Shown: piece by piece, positions 28,336 through 38,314 of the stretch | Position numbering within the stretch: position 1 is the stretch's first letter | Layout of the letters: each line of letters opens with the position of its first letter | Assembly (NCBI GenBank): GCA_964291415.2 | Contig: OZ219920.1 | Coordinates: 1,248,001 to 1,312,000, forward strand | Length of the DNA: 64,000 nt | Direction: 5' to 3' | Origin: Alphaproteobacteria bacterium | GTDB lineage: Bacteria > Pseudomonadota > Alphaproteobacteria > SP197 | The notes under the pieces: model-generated | The model's input: the letters and a program-made list of their open reading frames with translations, nothing else | The model's database searches: none | Told to the model about the DNA's origin: nothing | Translations under genes and position numbers: made by a program

Positions 28336-30158
28336 GACAACCCGAGGCGATGAAGGGTCTGGCCGCGCGGTACACCTTCCTCGTCCCAGCCGCGCATCTC
28401 GTAGTAGTCGCCCAGCATATCACCGAGCCGGGCCACCATGCCTTTCGCCGTTCCGCCCGGCGCAGGGACGTTCAGCATGCGATGCGGCAACGTGTCGTCG
28501 CGCCGACCGAGACCGGCGGCGATGTTGAAGAGTCTCTCCAGGTTCCAGATTCTCTCACCCGTCTCGCGCAGGCGTTCGGGCGTCCACGAGGATGCAAGGG
28601 CGCCATCCAGCATGGCCGCGACCTTCTCGATGGAGACGGCTGCCGCCGTGAAGGCACACAAGCCCGATGAATCGAACATTGCAGCCCGTTCGTCCTGGCT
28701 CGATCGCACGATGTCGGCCTTGCCCTCGAGTTCGGTCGTGGCGAAGTCCGAGGCGAAGGGGCTGGCGCGCAGGTGACAGGCGCCCCGGTTGGAGGTGGCA
28801 TAGGCAAGCGCCATCCCCTGCATGGCGCGTGGATCATAGCCGGGGAACTCCTGGCCCTTGACCGTCATCGAGAACTCGGGTCTCGCGTACTTTTCGCACA
28901 ACCTTGCTGCTCCCAGCCCGATCGAGGCCCCGAACCCCTCGCCCCTGGCGCAGGCCTCGACCATGGCGACGAGTCCCTTGGCGGAACCGAATGAGAGATC
29001 GACACCTGTCTCGTCCACTGTCACGACACCCGTCTCGAAGAGTTCCATGGCCGCCGCGAGAGCGCCGCCGAAGGAAATGGTATCCATCCCGTGTTCGTTG
29101 CACACGAAATTCGCAAAGGTGACGGCATCGATGTCGTCCACTCCCACCATGGCGCCCAGCGCGAAGACGTTTTCGTACTCCAGCCCGCCTGATGCCGTGT
29201 GATACTGCGGGCGCCCCTTCACCGAGAAGTGATCCGGGTCGATCGTGGCAATACGGCCGCAGGCAATAGTGCATGCGAAACAGGCCTTGTTGGTGACCAG
29301 ATTGACGGTGCCATTGGGACCGTGGGGGCCTTGTGAGGCGGCCACGTTCAGCCGCTCGGTTCCCTCAAACGTCACGTCGCGTTCGTTGCGGGTCGGCAGA
29401 CTGCCGTAGCTGTGCGTCATGTCGAGCATGGCATGGGTGCCGTACCGCGCCAGGCGCTCGCGGGAAGGATGCGCGGCAAGGCCCGCTTTCGCGTCGGCAA
29501 CCGCCGACATGAAGGCCGCCGGATCATTGACCTGGACGCCTCGGCTCCCCCGAGCGGCAATCGCCTTGAGATTCTTCGCTCCCATGACGGCGCCCACACC
29601 GGACCGGCCTGCAGCACGGTGCAGGTCGTTGACGATACAGGCAAAGCGGACGCGCCTCTCCCCTGCCAGACCGATGGAGGCAATCTTCACCGCGGGGTCC
29701 TGGAGTTCCGCTCTGATGGCCGGCTCGGTCTCCCAGACCGAGCGTCCCCACAGGTGGCGCGCATCCCGCAATTCCACCCGGTCGTCATCGATCCATAACC
29801 ACACCGGATGCGGTGAGGCTCCCTCGATGACGACCATGTCCCAGCCGGCAAGCTTGATCTCGGCGCCGACCTTGCCGCCGGAGTTGGAACAGGCGATGGC
29901 GTTGGTGAGAGCACCCTTGGTGACGACCGAATACCGTCCCGCCGTTGGCGCCATGGTGCTGGTGAGAGGGCCCGTGGCAAGGATCAGCACATTGCCGGGA
30001 GCCAGGGAATCCACCGCCGGATCCATCGCTTCCATCAGGTACTTCGATGCCAGGCCCCGTTGCCCGAGGAACTGCTCGGCCCAGTCCTGATTCAGCGGCT
30101 CGCCTTCACAGCGTCCACTGCCCAGATCGACCCGCAACACCCGACCGGTCCAACCCAT
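28332..30158 (-). CDS. aorB: Tungsten aldehyde oxidoreductase catalytic subunit (AOR family), copy 2
   Basis: RAAGRSGVGAVMGAKNLKA, CFACTIACG, GLEYE, NRGACHLR, SGLCAF, DDTLP; collinear with copy 1. Confidence 0.92.
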   Translation of the reverse strand: MGWTGRVLRVDLGSGRCEGEPLNQDWAEQFLGQRGLASKYLMEAMDPAVDSLAPGNVLILATGPLTSTMAPTAGRYSVVTKGALTNAIACSNSGGKVGAEIKLAGWDMVVIEGASPHPVWLWIDDDRVELRDARHLWGRSVWETEPAIRAELQDPAVKIASIGLAGERRVRFACIVNDLHRAAGRSGVGAVMGAKNLKAIAARGSRGVQVNDPAAFMSAVADAKAGLAAHPSRERLARYGTHAMLDMTHSYGSLPTRNERDVTFEGTERLNVAASQGPHGPNGTVNLVTNKACFACTIACGRIATIDPDHFSVKGRPQYHTASGGLEYENVFALGAMVGVDDIDAVTFANFVCNEHGMDTISFGGALAAAMELFETGVVTVDETGVDLSFGSAKGLVAMVEACARGEGFGASIGLGAARLCEKYARPEFSMTVKGQEFPGYDPRAMQGMALAYATSNRGACHLRASPFASDFATTELEGKADIVRSSQDERAAMFDSSGLCAFTAAAVSIEKVAAMLDGALASSWTPERLRETGERIWNLERLFNIAAGLGRRDDTLPHRMLNVPAPGGTAKGMVARLGDMLGDYYEMRGWDEEGVPRGQTLHRLGLS

Positions 30159-30273
30159 GTTCCATCCTTCCCGTCAATACGTCCTGCGAAGGCGCGGAGG
30201 ATAGACCCATTGGACCGCTGCGCCAAACATCCTGCAGACAAGAGAGAGTCCCGAAACAGCAGTGACTCCCCAG

Positions 30274-31614
30274 TCACCGCACCAGTGCAGCGTATCCTGC
30301 AAACACCGAACCTGCAGCGAGGACCATGACAGTGCAGTACAGTGCATTCCAGCGAGGAAACGACCAGTTTGAAACCCCGCTCCGGGCCGCGAGAACCAGA
30401 TTGATACCGGAGTACGGACTCCCGGCCGAGCCGATACCCCACCCCATCACGCAGACCGCGGCAAGAAGTGTTGGATCCGGCGACGCGGGTGACGTGACAG
30501 CGATGAGCGTGGTGACCGACACCAGCGGATGCACACCGGCCAATGCCACGACGACTATGCAGGCGAGCGCAAGAGTTGCGGTCACCGGATTGAGCGTGAA
30601 ATCCGGCACCATCAACGGGTACGCGGACACCAGACTGGTCAGCCCCCCTCCAAGCACCCCGGCAGCGAGAAAGAGCGTGAATTCACCGCTCCGGCCGGAC
30701 AACTCGGTCAGCACGAACCGCTTCAGGGTCCGGTTCGCGCTGGCGATTCCTTCTCGTGCCAAGAGGACTGCTGCTGCGAGTGAAGGCGCAATCAAGGCTA
30801 CCAGCAACAGAATTGACAGCGACGGCCACATCCAGTGCGCGGCCGCTGTCGAAAGCACGAGCGCAGTCGGCAGCCAGAGACTTTCCAGACGAAACGGATA
30901 TCCTTCGAATCTGGAAAGCGCCTGGCCTTCTTCGAAGCGACCAATGATGGCGATCGCAAGGAAGCCAATGCAGGCCAGCGCCACACCAGCCATCACGAGT
31001 CCCGGGAAGTGCACTCCCGGCACCAGGCCTACAGCGAGGGCCACTCCCCCGATAAATGGCGAATAAAATGCAACCATCGAATATGAACGCCCGAGCATCG
31101 CCACCTCGCGGCGCGCAAGCGGCGCTGATCGGGCCAGCCGTTCGGAGAACACCACTACTGCAGAAATGTTGATGACGGCGCCGAACAGGTGAACGCCTGC
31201 CATCGTACGCAGATAGGCGCTGAAACCACGGGATGCCGGTGTGCCTGTCCTTGCTGCCGCGTTGGCGGGATAGACCAGGCGCAGGAACGCCACTCCGGCA
31301 AGCACAGTGAGGATGGGCAGCGAGCCTCCCGTCGCGATTCCCCATGCCACGTTGCCGCCGCGAGCCGCCGCAACCGCGATACATGCAAGCCCGATTCCGA
31401 GCATGACCCCGACCTGCACCTGTACGCGCAATGGCAGCCGGCTCCACGCAGCAAGCCCCGCAGTCCAGGCCGCCAGCACGCCAATCTCCAGCGGGAACGC
31501 GGGTGCCAATCCATGCACGACCGAGGCCACGAGCATCGCGCTGATCATCAGTCCGGAAAATGCTTCGCGACGGGCTGACGGCTGGACGAGCCTCGAAGAA
31601 TCCGGCTTCGCCAA
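30274..31614 (-). CDS. Multi-pass membrane protein, probable secondary transporter of unknown family
   Basis: About 12 hydrophobic segments; HLFGAVIN, FYSPF, GSPYSG motifs; TTG start after GGAGG inferred. Confidence 0.7.
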   Translation of the reverse strand: MAKPDSSRLVQPSARREAFSGLMISAMLVASVVHGLAPAFPLEIGVLAAWTAGLAAWSRLPLRVQVQVGVMLGIGLACIAVAAARGGNVAWGIATGGSLPILTVLAGVAFLRLVYPANAAARTGTPASRGFSAYLRTMAGVHLFGAVINISAVVVFSERLARSAPLARREVAMLGRSYSMVAFYSPFIGGVALAVGLVPGVHFPGLVMAGVALACIGFLAIAIIGRFEEGQALSRFEGYPFRLESLWLPTALVLSTAAAHWMWPSLSILLLVALIAPSLAAAVLLAREGIASANRTLKRFVLTELSGRSGEFTLFLAAGVLGGGLTSLVSAYPLMVPDFTLNPVTATLALACIVVVALAGVHPLVSVTTLIAVTSPASPDPTLLAAVCVMGWGIGSAGSPYSGINLVLAARSGVSNWSFPRWNALYCTVMVLAAGSVFAGYAALVR

Positions 31615-32204
31615 CCAACAAACCTCCCTCTGGACGAATGACAGGCTAGCAGAATGGAGGTCAACTCCGAACAACGATCCCTGATCCATGGGCGACGGAG
31701 ACACTGATCGATATCGCACGGAACACCAGTCAAACTCGTCGCGCCGTTGCCAGACGCATCACGCCAGGAATGAATTTCGACTAAAAGTCGGAACCGGATG
31801 CGAACCGCAAGGTACCGGGCGCAACCGGGCATCGGCAGTCTCCAACTCGATCAGTCAGATTGTCATGGAGCGAGAACGGCCACGACATTTGTAACCAATG
31901 GCAAACGACAACCCGATACTTCGGGCGTAAGCTCTTTCCTCAGAGGCTGGCGCTGGAACTGTCCGCGCGACACCACAGGCATGGTGGCTTTCGTCACCAT
32001 GTCCCGACGATCGACAGTTTGTTCTACTCTGGTTGCGGAGTGACAGATTTTATCGAGTATTTCACAACCATGTGTCGGAACGGGCCGTCCTGTCCGCAAG
32101 AACGGAGTAATCTTGCACCGTGCCATTCCAGCCAGTGAAGCGTTGGGCGTCAGGTGGCAGTTGTCGGGGCACGTCACGCTTGTTCGCAACGGGGAGAAGA
32201 ATAC

Positions 32205-32804
32205 GTGAACCGTCTTGTTCCAATTCCGCCGGGTGAAGCGCGCGGGATCATCGCGGAAGCTGGTGACATTGTGCGAATCGTCAACACGGAAGGCCACCAG
32301 GTCGTCGATACCTGGGCGTTCTGCACCCCGGACCCTCTCGAGTTCCTTTCAATGGAACACAGCAGGTCCGCGACATACCGGATCCTGTTCAAACCAGGCG
32401 ATACACTGGTCAGCAACCGGTTCCGGCCCATGCTGACAATCATGGCCGACACCTCTCCAGGAATACACGACACGCTGCATGCTGCCTGCAGCGCCGAGAG
32501 CAACCGCTTCTTCGGCACGACGTCGATCCATCCCAACTGCGAGAACAACCTGAAGGGTGTCATGGCGGATCGCGGAATCTACCTTGGAACAGTTCCCTGT
32601 CCCTGGAACCTGTTCGAACACGCCATTGTGAAGTTCGATGGTTCGCTGAAAGATGAACCCGCCTCCGCAGCGGCGGGCGATTATATCGAGCTACGCGTCG
32701 AGACATCTGTTGTGCTCGTCTGTTCCGCCTGCCCATCTAGCGTGGGCAACATCAGCCTGGGCACACCTCGGGGCGCCGCCATCGAGCTGATCGACCTGGC
32801 TTGA
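32205..32804 (+). CDS. DUF1989 / urea carboxylase-associated family protein
   Basis: RIVNTEGHQVVD, LSMEHSR, DTSPGIHDTLHAAC, HPNCENNL, PWNLF, GDYIELR, CSACP. Confidence 0.87.
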   Translation: MNRLVPIPPGEARGIIAEAGDIVRIVNTEGHQVVDTWAFCTPDPLEFLSMEHSRSATYRILFKPGDTLVSNRFRPMLTIMADTSPGIHDTLHAACSAESNRFFGTTSIHPNCENNLKGVMADRGIYLGTVPCPWNLFEHAIVKFDGSLKDEPASAAAGDYIELRVETSVVLVCSACPSSVGNISLGTPRGAAIELIDLA

Positions 32805-33083
32805 TCCCTTTGCTGCCCTGACGGGGTGGCTTGACGACTGGCTTTCCGGGGTCGAGGCCGCAGAGACGCAAAACGGAAACGCAACCCCCGAAGTTGCCAA
32901 TCCTGAAATTGGAAACGTCCCTGACTTGCGGCTGTGACAAGGCCAGGAATCACCTCTGAAGGAACCGGCACCGCCTTCGACCTCAATCGTCACGTGACGA
33001 GACAGGATGGCCCGGCGGCCTCCCTTGTGATCCGGTAGTGAAAGCGCGATATCCTGATCGATATCAGACAGGCGGAGATCGAC

Positions 33084-33839
33084 ATGGGTGGCAGACTGGA
33101 AGGCAAGCGCGCCATCGTCACCGGCGCATCGAGAGGGATCGGCAAGGCGATTGCAGAGAGCTTTGTCCGTGAGGGCGCGAAGGTCGTCGCCACGGCGCGT
33201 AGGTCGCCGACGGGCCGGGACAGTGATTCCGTGATCTGGGTTCCGGGCGACGTCTCTTCCGCAACCCACGTCTCCACCGTCGTTGAGACCGCAAGGGAGC
33301 GTCTCGGCGGAATCGATATCCTGGTCAACAATGCGGCCATGCAGGTCGAAAAAACGATCATCGAGACCAGTGAGGACGAGTGGAACGCCATCTTCCGCGT
33401 CAATGTGGGCAGCGTCTTCCTGTTCTGCCGGGACTCGATTCCCGTCATGATGCGCCAGGGCGGTGGCGCCATCATCAACGTCGGCAGTTACGACGGATTC
33501 GTGGCGGACCCCGGTCTCGCCGCCTACTGCGCCACCAAGGGCGCGGTTCACGCGCTGTCACGCGCCATTGCCGTCGACCATGGCACTGATGGCATCCGCT
33601 GCAACGTCATCTGCCCGGGTTGGATCCAGACCGACATGATGGATGCATACCTGGCAAGCGTGCCCGATCCAGCCGAGGCCGCCCGCACTCTTGATGCCAA
33701 TCAGCCCGTTGGACGTATCGGTCAACCGGCGGATATCGCCGCCCTTGCCCTGTTCCTTGCCAGTGACGAGGCCGCATTCACCTCAGGACAACTCTTCGTG
33801 TGCGATGGTGGACTCACCGCCAAGGCGTCCCAGCCCTGA
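33084..33839 (+). CDS. Short-chain dehydrogenase/reductase (SDR)
   Basis: TGASRGIG, LVNNAA, YCATK, IRCNVICPG. Confidence 0.95.
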   Translation: MGGRLEGKRAIVTGASRGIGKAIAESFVREGAKVVATARRSPTGRDSDSVIWVPGDVSSATHVSTVVETARERLGGIDILVNNAAMQVEKTIIETSEDEWNAIFRVNVGSVFLFCRDSIPVMMRQGGGAIINVGSYDGFVADPGLAAYCATKGAVHALSRAIAVDHGTDGIRCNVICPGWIQTDMMDAYLASVPDPAEAARTLDANQPVGRIGQPADIAALALFLASDEAAFTSGQLFVCDGGLTAKASQP

Positions 33840-33859
33840 ACGATGAACCGGCAAATGCC

Positions 33860-34504
33860 GTGAAGGACACCGTCGACATGTGGTCGGATCCGACCTGTCC
33901 GTGGTGCTATATCGGTCATCAGCGGTTGAAGACCGTTCTCGCCGGTCTTTCCGGCCGCCATCGCCCCCGGATCGTGTGGCGGGCCTTCCTGCTGAATCCG
34001 GCGATGCCGGCCGACGGCATGGAACGCAATGCATGGCTGGCACGTGCCTTCGGCAACGCCCGGTTGGCCGAGACCACGCTTGACCGCATCACGCGACATG
34101 GGCTTGCGGAGGGTATTCCCTTCGCGTTCAGCGCCATTTCAAGAACGCCTTCGGCCCTGCGGGCGCATGCACTCATCCTGGGAGTTCATGACCGCGGTCG
34201 GCAGAGGGACGTGATCGACGGCATATTCAGGAGCCACTTTGTCGCCGGCCGGGACATCGGCGATCCAGGGGTTCTGGCGGACATTGCCGAAAGCGCCGGG
34301 TTCGACCGTGCCGAGGCCCTGGCCTCAATCGACAGCATTCCCCTGGCAAGGCGTCTTCTCCACGATGCCAGAAAGGCGCGAGAGGGGGGTATCCGGAGCG
34401 TTCCCTTCTTTGTCTTCAACCGTCGCCTCGCCGTTGGCGGCGCCCAGTCAACCGACGTATTGCGCCGACTCGTGACCACCGCACGCGACTGCGGAGAGCT
34501 CTGA
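33860..34504 (+). CDS. DsbA family oxidoreductase (FrnE-like)
   Basis: WSDPTCPWCYIG, AFLLNP, GRDIGD, GIRSVPFF. Start uncertain. Confidence 0.87.
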   Translation: MKDTVDMWSDPTCPWCYIGHQRLKTVLAGLSGRHRPRIVWRAFLLNPAMPADGMERNAWLARAFGNARLAETTLDRITRHGLAEGIPFAFSAISRTPSALRAHALILGVHDRGRQRDVIDGIFRSHFVAGRDIGDPGVLADIAESAGFDRAEALASIDSIPLARRLLHDARKAREGGIRSVPFFVFNRRLAVGGAQSTDVLRRLVTTARDCGEL

Positions 34505-37500
34505 AGCAAGACGCTCGGCACCGTCAAGGCGATCCTTCACCCTGTCCCAGGAGCCGGTCACGACCAGCGTATGGTCAGGTCGCATCCTTGCCTTTCCATT
34601 CTGCCCGGTGATCCAGGAAATCAGTCGTTCCGGTTCAGCGAACGTCTCCTGGTGAAAGGCGACCACGGCGCCGAGCGGCCCGGCATCGAGCCGCGCAATT
34701 CCGGCACGTCGGCAGTCGCCCTTGATGGCAATGATTCGCAGCAGATTGTCGGCCTCCTCGGGAAGATCACCAAAGCGATCGACCAGTTCCTCTCTCAAAT
34801 CATCGATTCCGGCGCGATCCTCGAGGGCGGCAATGCGCCTGTAGAGAACGAGTCTCACATCAAGGTCGCGGACCCAGGTATCCGGAATCAGGACAGCAGA
34901 ACCGACACCCACTTCAGGAGACCAGGAATGCCGCGATTCCCGCAGCCGCCCTTCCTGTTCCGCACGAACCTTCTCGACCGCTTCCTCGACCATCTGCTGA
35001 TAGAGTTCCACTCCGACCTCGCGGATGTGACCGGACTGTTCCCGGCCGAGAAGATTGCCGGCGCCACGAATCTCGAGGTCGCGGCTTGCCAGCGAAAACC
35101 CGGCACCCAGTGAATCCATCTGGGACAGGGCCTTGAGGCGGCGCATCGCATCCTTGCCGGGTTTCATGCCGGGCGGCAACGTGATGTAGGCGTAGGCGCG
35201 CGCGCGCGAGCGTCCGATGCGCCCTCGCAACTGGTAGAGCTGCCCCAGCCCGAAGCGATCGCAACGGTGGATGATCATCGTGTTGGCATTGGGAATGTCG
35301 AGGCCCGACTGGATGATCGTGGTCGTGACCAGGACGTCGATCCGGCCATCGTAGAAGGCCGTCATGATGCTCTCGAGATTGTCTGGATCGAGCTTGCCGT
35401 GCGCCGAGGCAATTCGTGCTTCCGGAACCAGCTTCTGCAGATCCTTGCGCATGCGTCCGAGGTCCGCTGCCCTGGGGCACACGACATAGGTTTGGCCGCC
35501 CCGCACGCGTTCGCGCCTGATCGCCTCGCGAACGGTGACTGAATCGTACGTGCCTACAAATGTCCTGATGGCGAGTCGATCGACCGGCGGCGTGACGATG
35601 AGGCTAAGGTCACGCACTCCACTCAGGGCCATCTGCAGGGTCCGGGGTATCGGTGTCGCAGTCAGGGTGAGGACATGGACGTTGGTCTTGATCTGTTTGA
35701 GCTTTTCCTTGTGGGCCACGCCGAACTGCTGTTCTTCGTCGATCACCAGAAGGCCGAGGTTGGCGAAGGACATGGTGCGGGACAGCAGGGCGTGGGTGCC
35801 AATCACGATGTCGACGGTCCCGGCTGCCGCTCCCCTCTTTGCGCTGGCTGCCTCACCCGACGCCACGAGGCGGGACAGCAGGGCTATGTTGACGGGCAAG
35901 TGCCTGAACCGCTCGACAAAGGTCTCGTGGTGCTGCCGGGCAAGCAGTGTCGTGGGGGCCACCACTGCCACCTGGTATCCTTCAAGGACCGTGGCGAGTG
36001 CGGCGCGCAGAGCCACTTCGGTCTTGCCGAATCCGACGTCACCGCACACCAGCCGGTCCATGGCGTGGCCGGAAGCGAGGTCGTCGAACACCTCGCCAAT
36101 GGCTTTCGCCTGATCCTCGGTCTCCTCGTAGGGAAAGCGCGAGCAGAATTCCGCATACGTCTCCTCATCGACACGAATCACGGGGCCCGATTGCATGAGT
36201 CTCTCGGAGGCCGTCTTGAGAAGATCCCCCGCCATTTCCTCGATGCGACTGGCAAGACGCGCCTGGCGCGCCTGCCAGGCAGCGCTTCCAAGCCGGTCCA
36301 GCTGGACACGGGCATCGTGCGAACCGTAGCGGGACAGGGTGTCGATGTTCTCGACGGGCACCAGCAGCGCGTCACCGCCTGCATAGTGAACACGCAGACA
36401 GTCGTGCGGTGCGCCGCCAAGCGTGACGGTGTGAAGGCCCTCGAACACGCCGATACCGTGGTCGATGTGGACGACGTGGTCGCCCTCGGCGAGTTGCGAC
36501 ACCTCGAGAAGAAACCGTTCGGCATCGCGCTTCGTGCGACGCCGGCGTGGGGTCGTGATTCGGTCGCCGAGAATGTCCTGCTCGGCGACAACACTGAGGT
36601 CCATCGTCACAAACCCGTGTTCGAGCGGCAGAACGACGACGGGGACGGCTGAGTGCGGCATCCGGAGCCAGTCTTCCTCCCCTGCCTTGAGCACGTCAGC
36701 GACGCCGTGACTCTCCAGCATGGTCGCCAGATTGCCCTGGCTCGCCTCTCCCAGAGCCGCAACGATGACCCGACGGCCCTTCGACTTCTCGTCAGCGATG
36801 TGCCGGGCAACGGAATCGAAGAGCTGCATGCGGACATTCATGCGTTCAAGGCTGAAGTCCCGGGATCTCAGGCCACCGGCTTCGATCACTCTCCCGGATG
36901 TCGTGTCAGGGGTGTGAGCCAGCAGCCTGATCGCCGTGTGCGTCCGCGACATCGCCGTCCAGTCATCGATCGAAAGATAGAGACCATCGGGAGGCGGAGC
37001 GTGATAGGCGACGCCGTCATCCCCGTTTCCGGACGACCGGTGCTCGTAGTGGTCCTCAACGGTGTCCAGGTGGGCGCGCAACGCGTCCTCGACATCTCCG
37101 GTGAAGACCAGGATCCACTCCTCGCCAAGATAGTCGGGGAAGGTGTCGAGGGTCTGGTAAAACAGACCAAGCCAATGCTCCATACCCGGTGTCCGCATAC
37201 CCTCGATGGCCGATTCATAGACGGGATCGTTCAATGCATTCATGCCGAAGAGTTCGCGCCAGTGATCACGGAACTGCCTGATTGAGGCAGGATCGAGCGC
37301 GACCTCGCTCGCCGGGTCGATTGAGAGACTCTCCAGGAGTCCCGTCGAACGCTGGTTCAACGGATCGAAGGTGCGGATGCCGGTGATCTCGTCACCGAAG
37401 AAGTCGAGACGTGCGGGTTCGGCCATGGCGGGTGGAAAGACATCGAGAATATCACCCCGCGCCGCACAGTCTCCCTGCTCCATGACCACGCTTGTCCCGG

Positions 37501-37978
37501 AGTATCCCATGGTGAGGAGATCGCGAAAGAGCGCAGCCGGATCCATCTTGCCGCCCTTGTGAAGATGCCGGCGCCGGCCATGCCACGTCGAGCGCGGCGG
37601 AACCCGCTGCAGCATCGCCCGTGCCGTGGTGAGCACGACAAGACCTCCAGCGTCCCGGGGCCTCTCGCACAGATCTCCCATGAGCGCGAGACGCACCCCG
37701 GCCACAGCGGGGTGTGGCGACACCCTGTCATAGGGAAGACAGTCCCAGGCCGGAAAGAGCCTTGTACAATCGCCCGCCCCAAGGAACGAGAGAGCGCCCG
37801 CCAGCCGTCGTGCCCGCTCCTCGTCGTGAAGCACGACCAGGATATCGCGTTCGGGATGGCTCTGACGCAGTCCTGCGAGCAAGACGGCGTCCACTCCTTC
37901 CGGAACACCGGATACGGTATTCAGGACGTCTGGCCCCAGTGAATCAATGACATGGCCCTGTAATCTATCAATGTGCAT
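34448..37978 (-). CDS. mfd: Transcription-repair coupling factor
   Basis: FPAWDCLPYDRVSP, VVHIDHGIG, CGDVGFGKTE, IDEEQ, LTATPIPRT, QLRGRIGR, RDLEIRGAGN. Confidence 0.97.
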   Translation of the reverse strand: MHIDRLQGHVIDSLGPDVLNTVSGVPEGVDAVLLAGLRQSHPERDILVVLHDEERARRLAGALSFLGAGDCTRLFPAWDCLPYDRVSPHPAVAGVRLALMGDLCERPRDAGGLVVLTTARAMLQRVPPRSTWHGRRRHLHKGGKMDPAALFRDLLTMGYSGTSVVMEQGDCAARGDILDVFPPAMAEPARLDFFGDEITGIRTFDPLNQRSTGLLESLSIDPASEVALDPASIRQFRDHWRELFGMNALNDPVYESAIEGMRTPGMEHWLGLFYQTLDTFPDYLGEEWILVFTGDVEDALRAHLDTVEDHYEHRSSGNGDDGVAYHAPPPDGLYLSIDDWTAMSRTHTAIRLLAHTPDTTSGRVIEAGGLRSRDFSLERMNVRMQLFDSVARHIADEKSKGRRVIVAALGEASQGNLATMLESHGVADVLKAGEEDWLRMPHSAVPVVVLPLEHGFVTMDLSVVAEQDILGDRITTPRRRRTKRDAERFLLEVSQLAEGDHVVHIDHGIGVFEGLHTVTLGGAPHDCLRVHYAGGDALLVPVENIDTLSRYGSHDARVQLDRLGSAAWQARQARLASRIEEMAGDLLKTASERLMQSGPVIRVDEETYAEFCSRFPYEETEDQAKAIGEVFDDLASGHAMDRLVCGDVGFGKTEVALRAALATVLEGYQVAVVAPTTLLARQHHETFVERFRHLPVNIALLSRLVASGEAASAKRGAAAGTVDIVIGTHALLSRTMSFANLGLLVIDEEQQFGVAHKEKLKQIKTNVHVLTLTATPIPRTLQMALSGVRDLSLIVTPPVDRLAIRTFVGTYDSVTVREAIRRERVRGGQTYVVCPRAADLGRMRKDLQKLVPEARIASAHGKLDPDNLESIMTAFYDGRIDVLVTTTIIQSGLDIPNANTMIIHRCDRFGLGQLYQLRGRIGRSRARAYAYITLPPGMKPGKDAMRRLKALSQMDSLGAGFSLASRDLEIRGAGNLLGREQSGHIREVGVELYQQMVEEAVEKVRAEQEGRLRESRHSWSPEVGVGSAVLIPDTWVRDLDVRLVLYRRIAALEDRAGIDDLREELVDRFGDLPEEADNLLRIIAIKGDCRRAGIARLDAGPLGAVVAFHQETFAEPERLISWITGQNGKARMRPDHTLVVTGSWDRVKDRLDGAERLASELSAVACGGHESAQYVG

Positions 37979-37999
37979 GAAACACTAGAATCCGCTTTA

Positions 38000-38227
38000 T
38001 CAAACCCTTGAACTTCCCGGGGCAGCATCGTCGCCGTTCATGATCCATGCCTGGATGAGGGGATCCGGGCACCCGAGAAACGCGGCAAACTCATCAAGCT
38101 CACTCTCGCTCATCGCCTCGAGAGCGTGTTCGGCATATCGACCGAGCAACAGATCGAGCTCACGGGAACCGCGGCGTGAGGCCCGATAACGAAGCCGTTG
38201 CAGGCGTGTGTCGTTGTCATCTGTCAT
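38000..38227 (-). CDS. sdhE: Succinate dehydrogenase assembly factor SdhE; C-terminus probably frameshifted
   Basis: RLRYRASRRGSRELDLLLG (RGxxE motif); usual position between recG and mfd. Confidence 0.88.
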   Translation of the reverse strand: MTDDNDTRLQRLRYRASRRGSRELDLLLGRYAEHALEAMSESELDEFAAFLGCPDPLIQAWIMNGDDAAPGSSRV

Positions 38228-38314
38228 GCGCTCGCCGGTCCCGGGACGGTTCCGTCTACAGCGTGACGAAGGCGATGTCACGGACACGCACACGCCGGTG
38301 TATGCTCCTTCCTC

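Noticed and set aside
31855-32060. Short matches to the 16.5-kb repeat unit (CATGACAATC on the minus strand; GGAGTGACA)
   Set aside because: Only 9-10 bp, not arrayed and without a terminal ACA, so not a credible partner transposon end.
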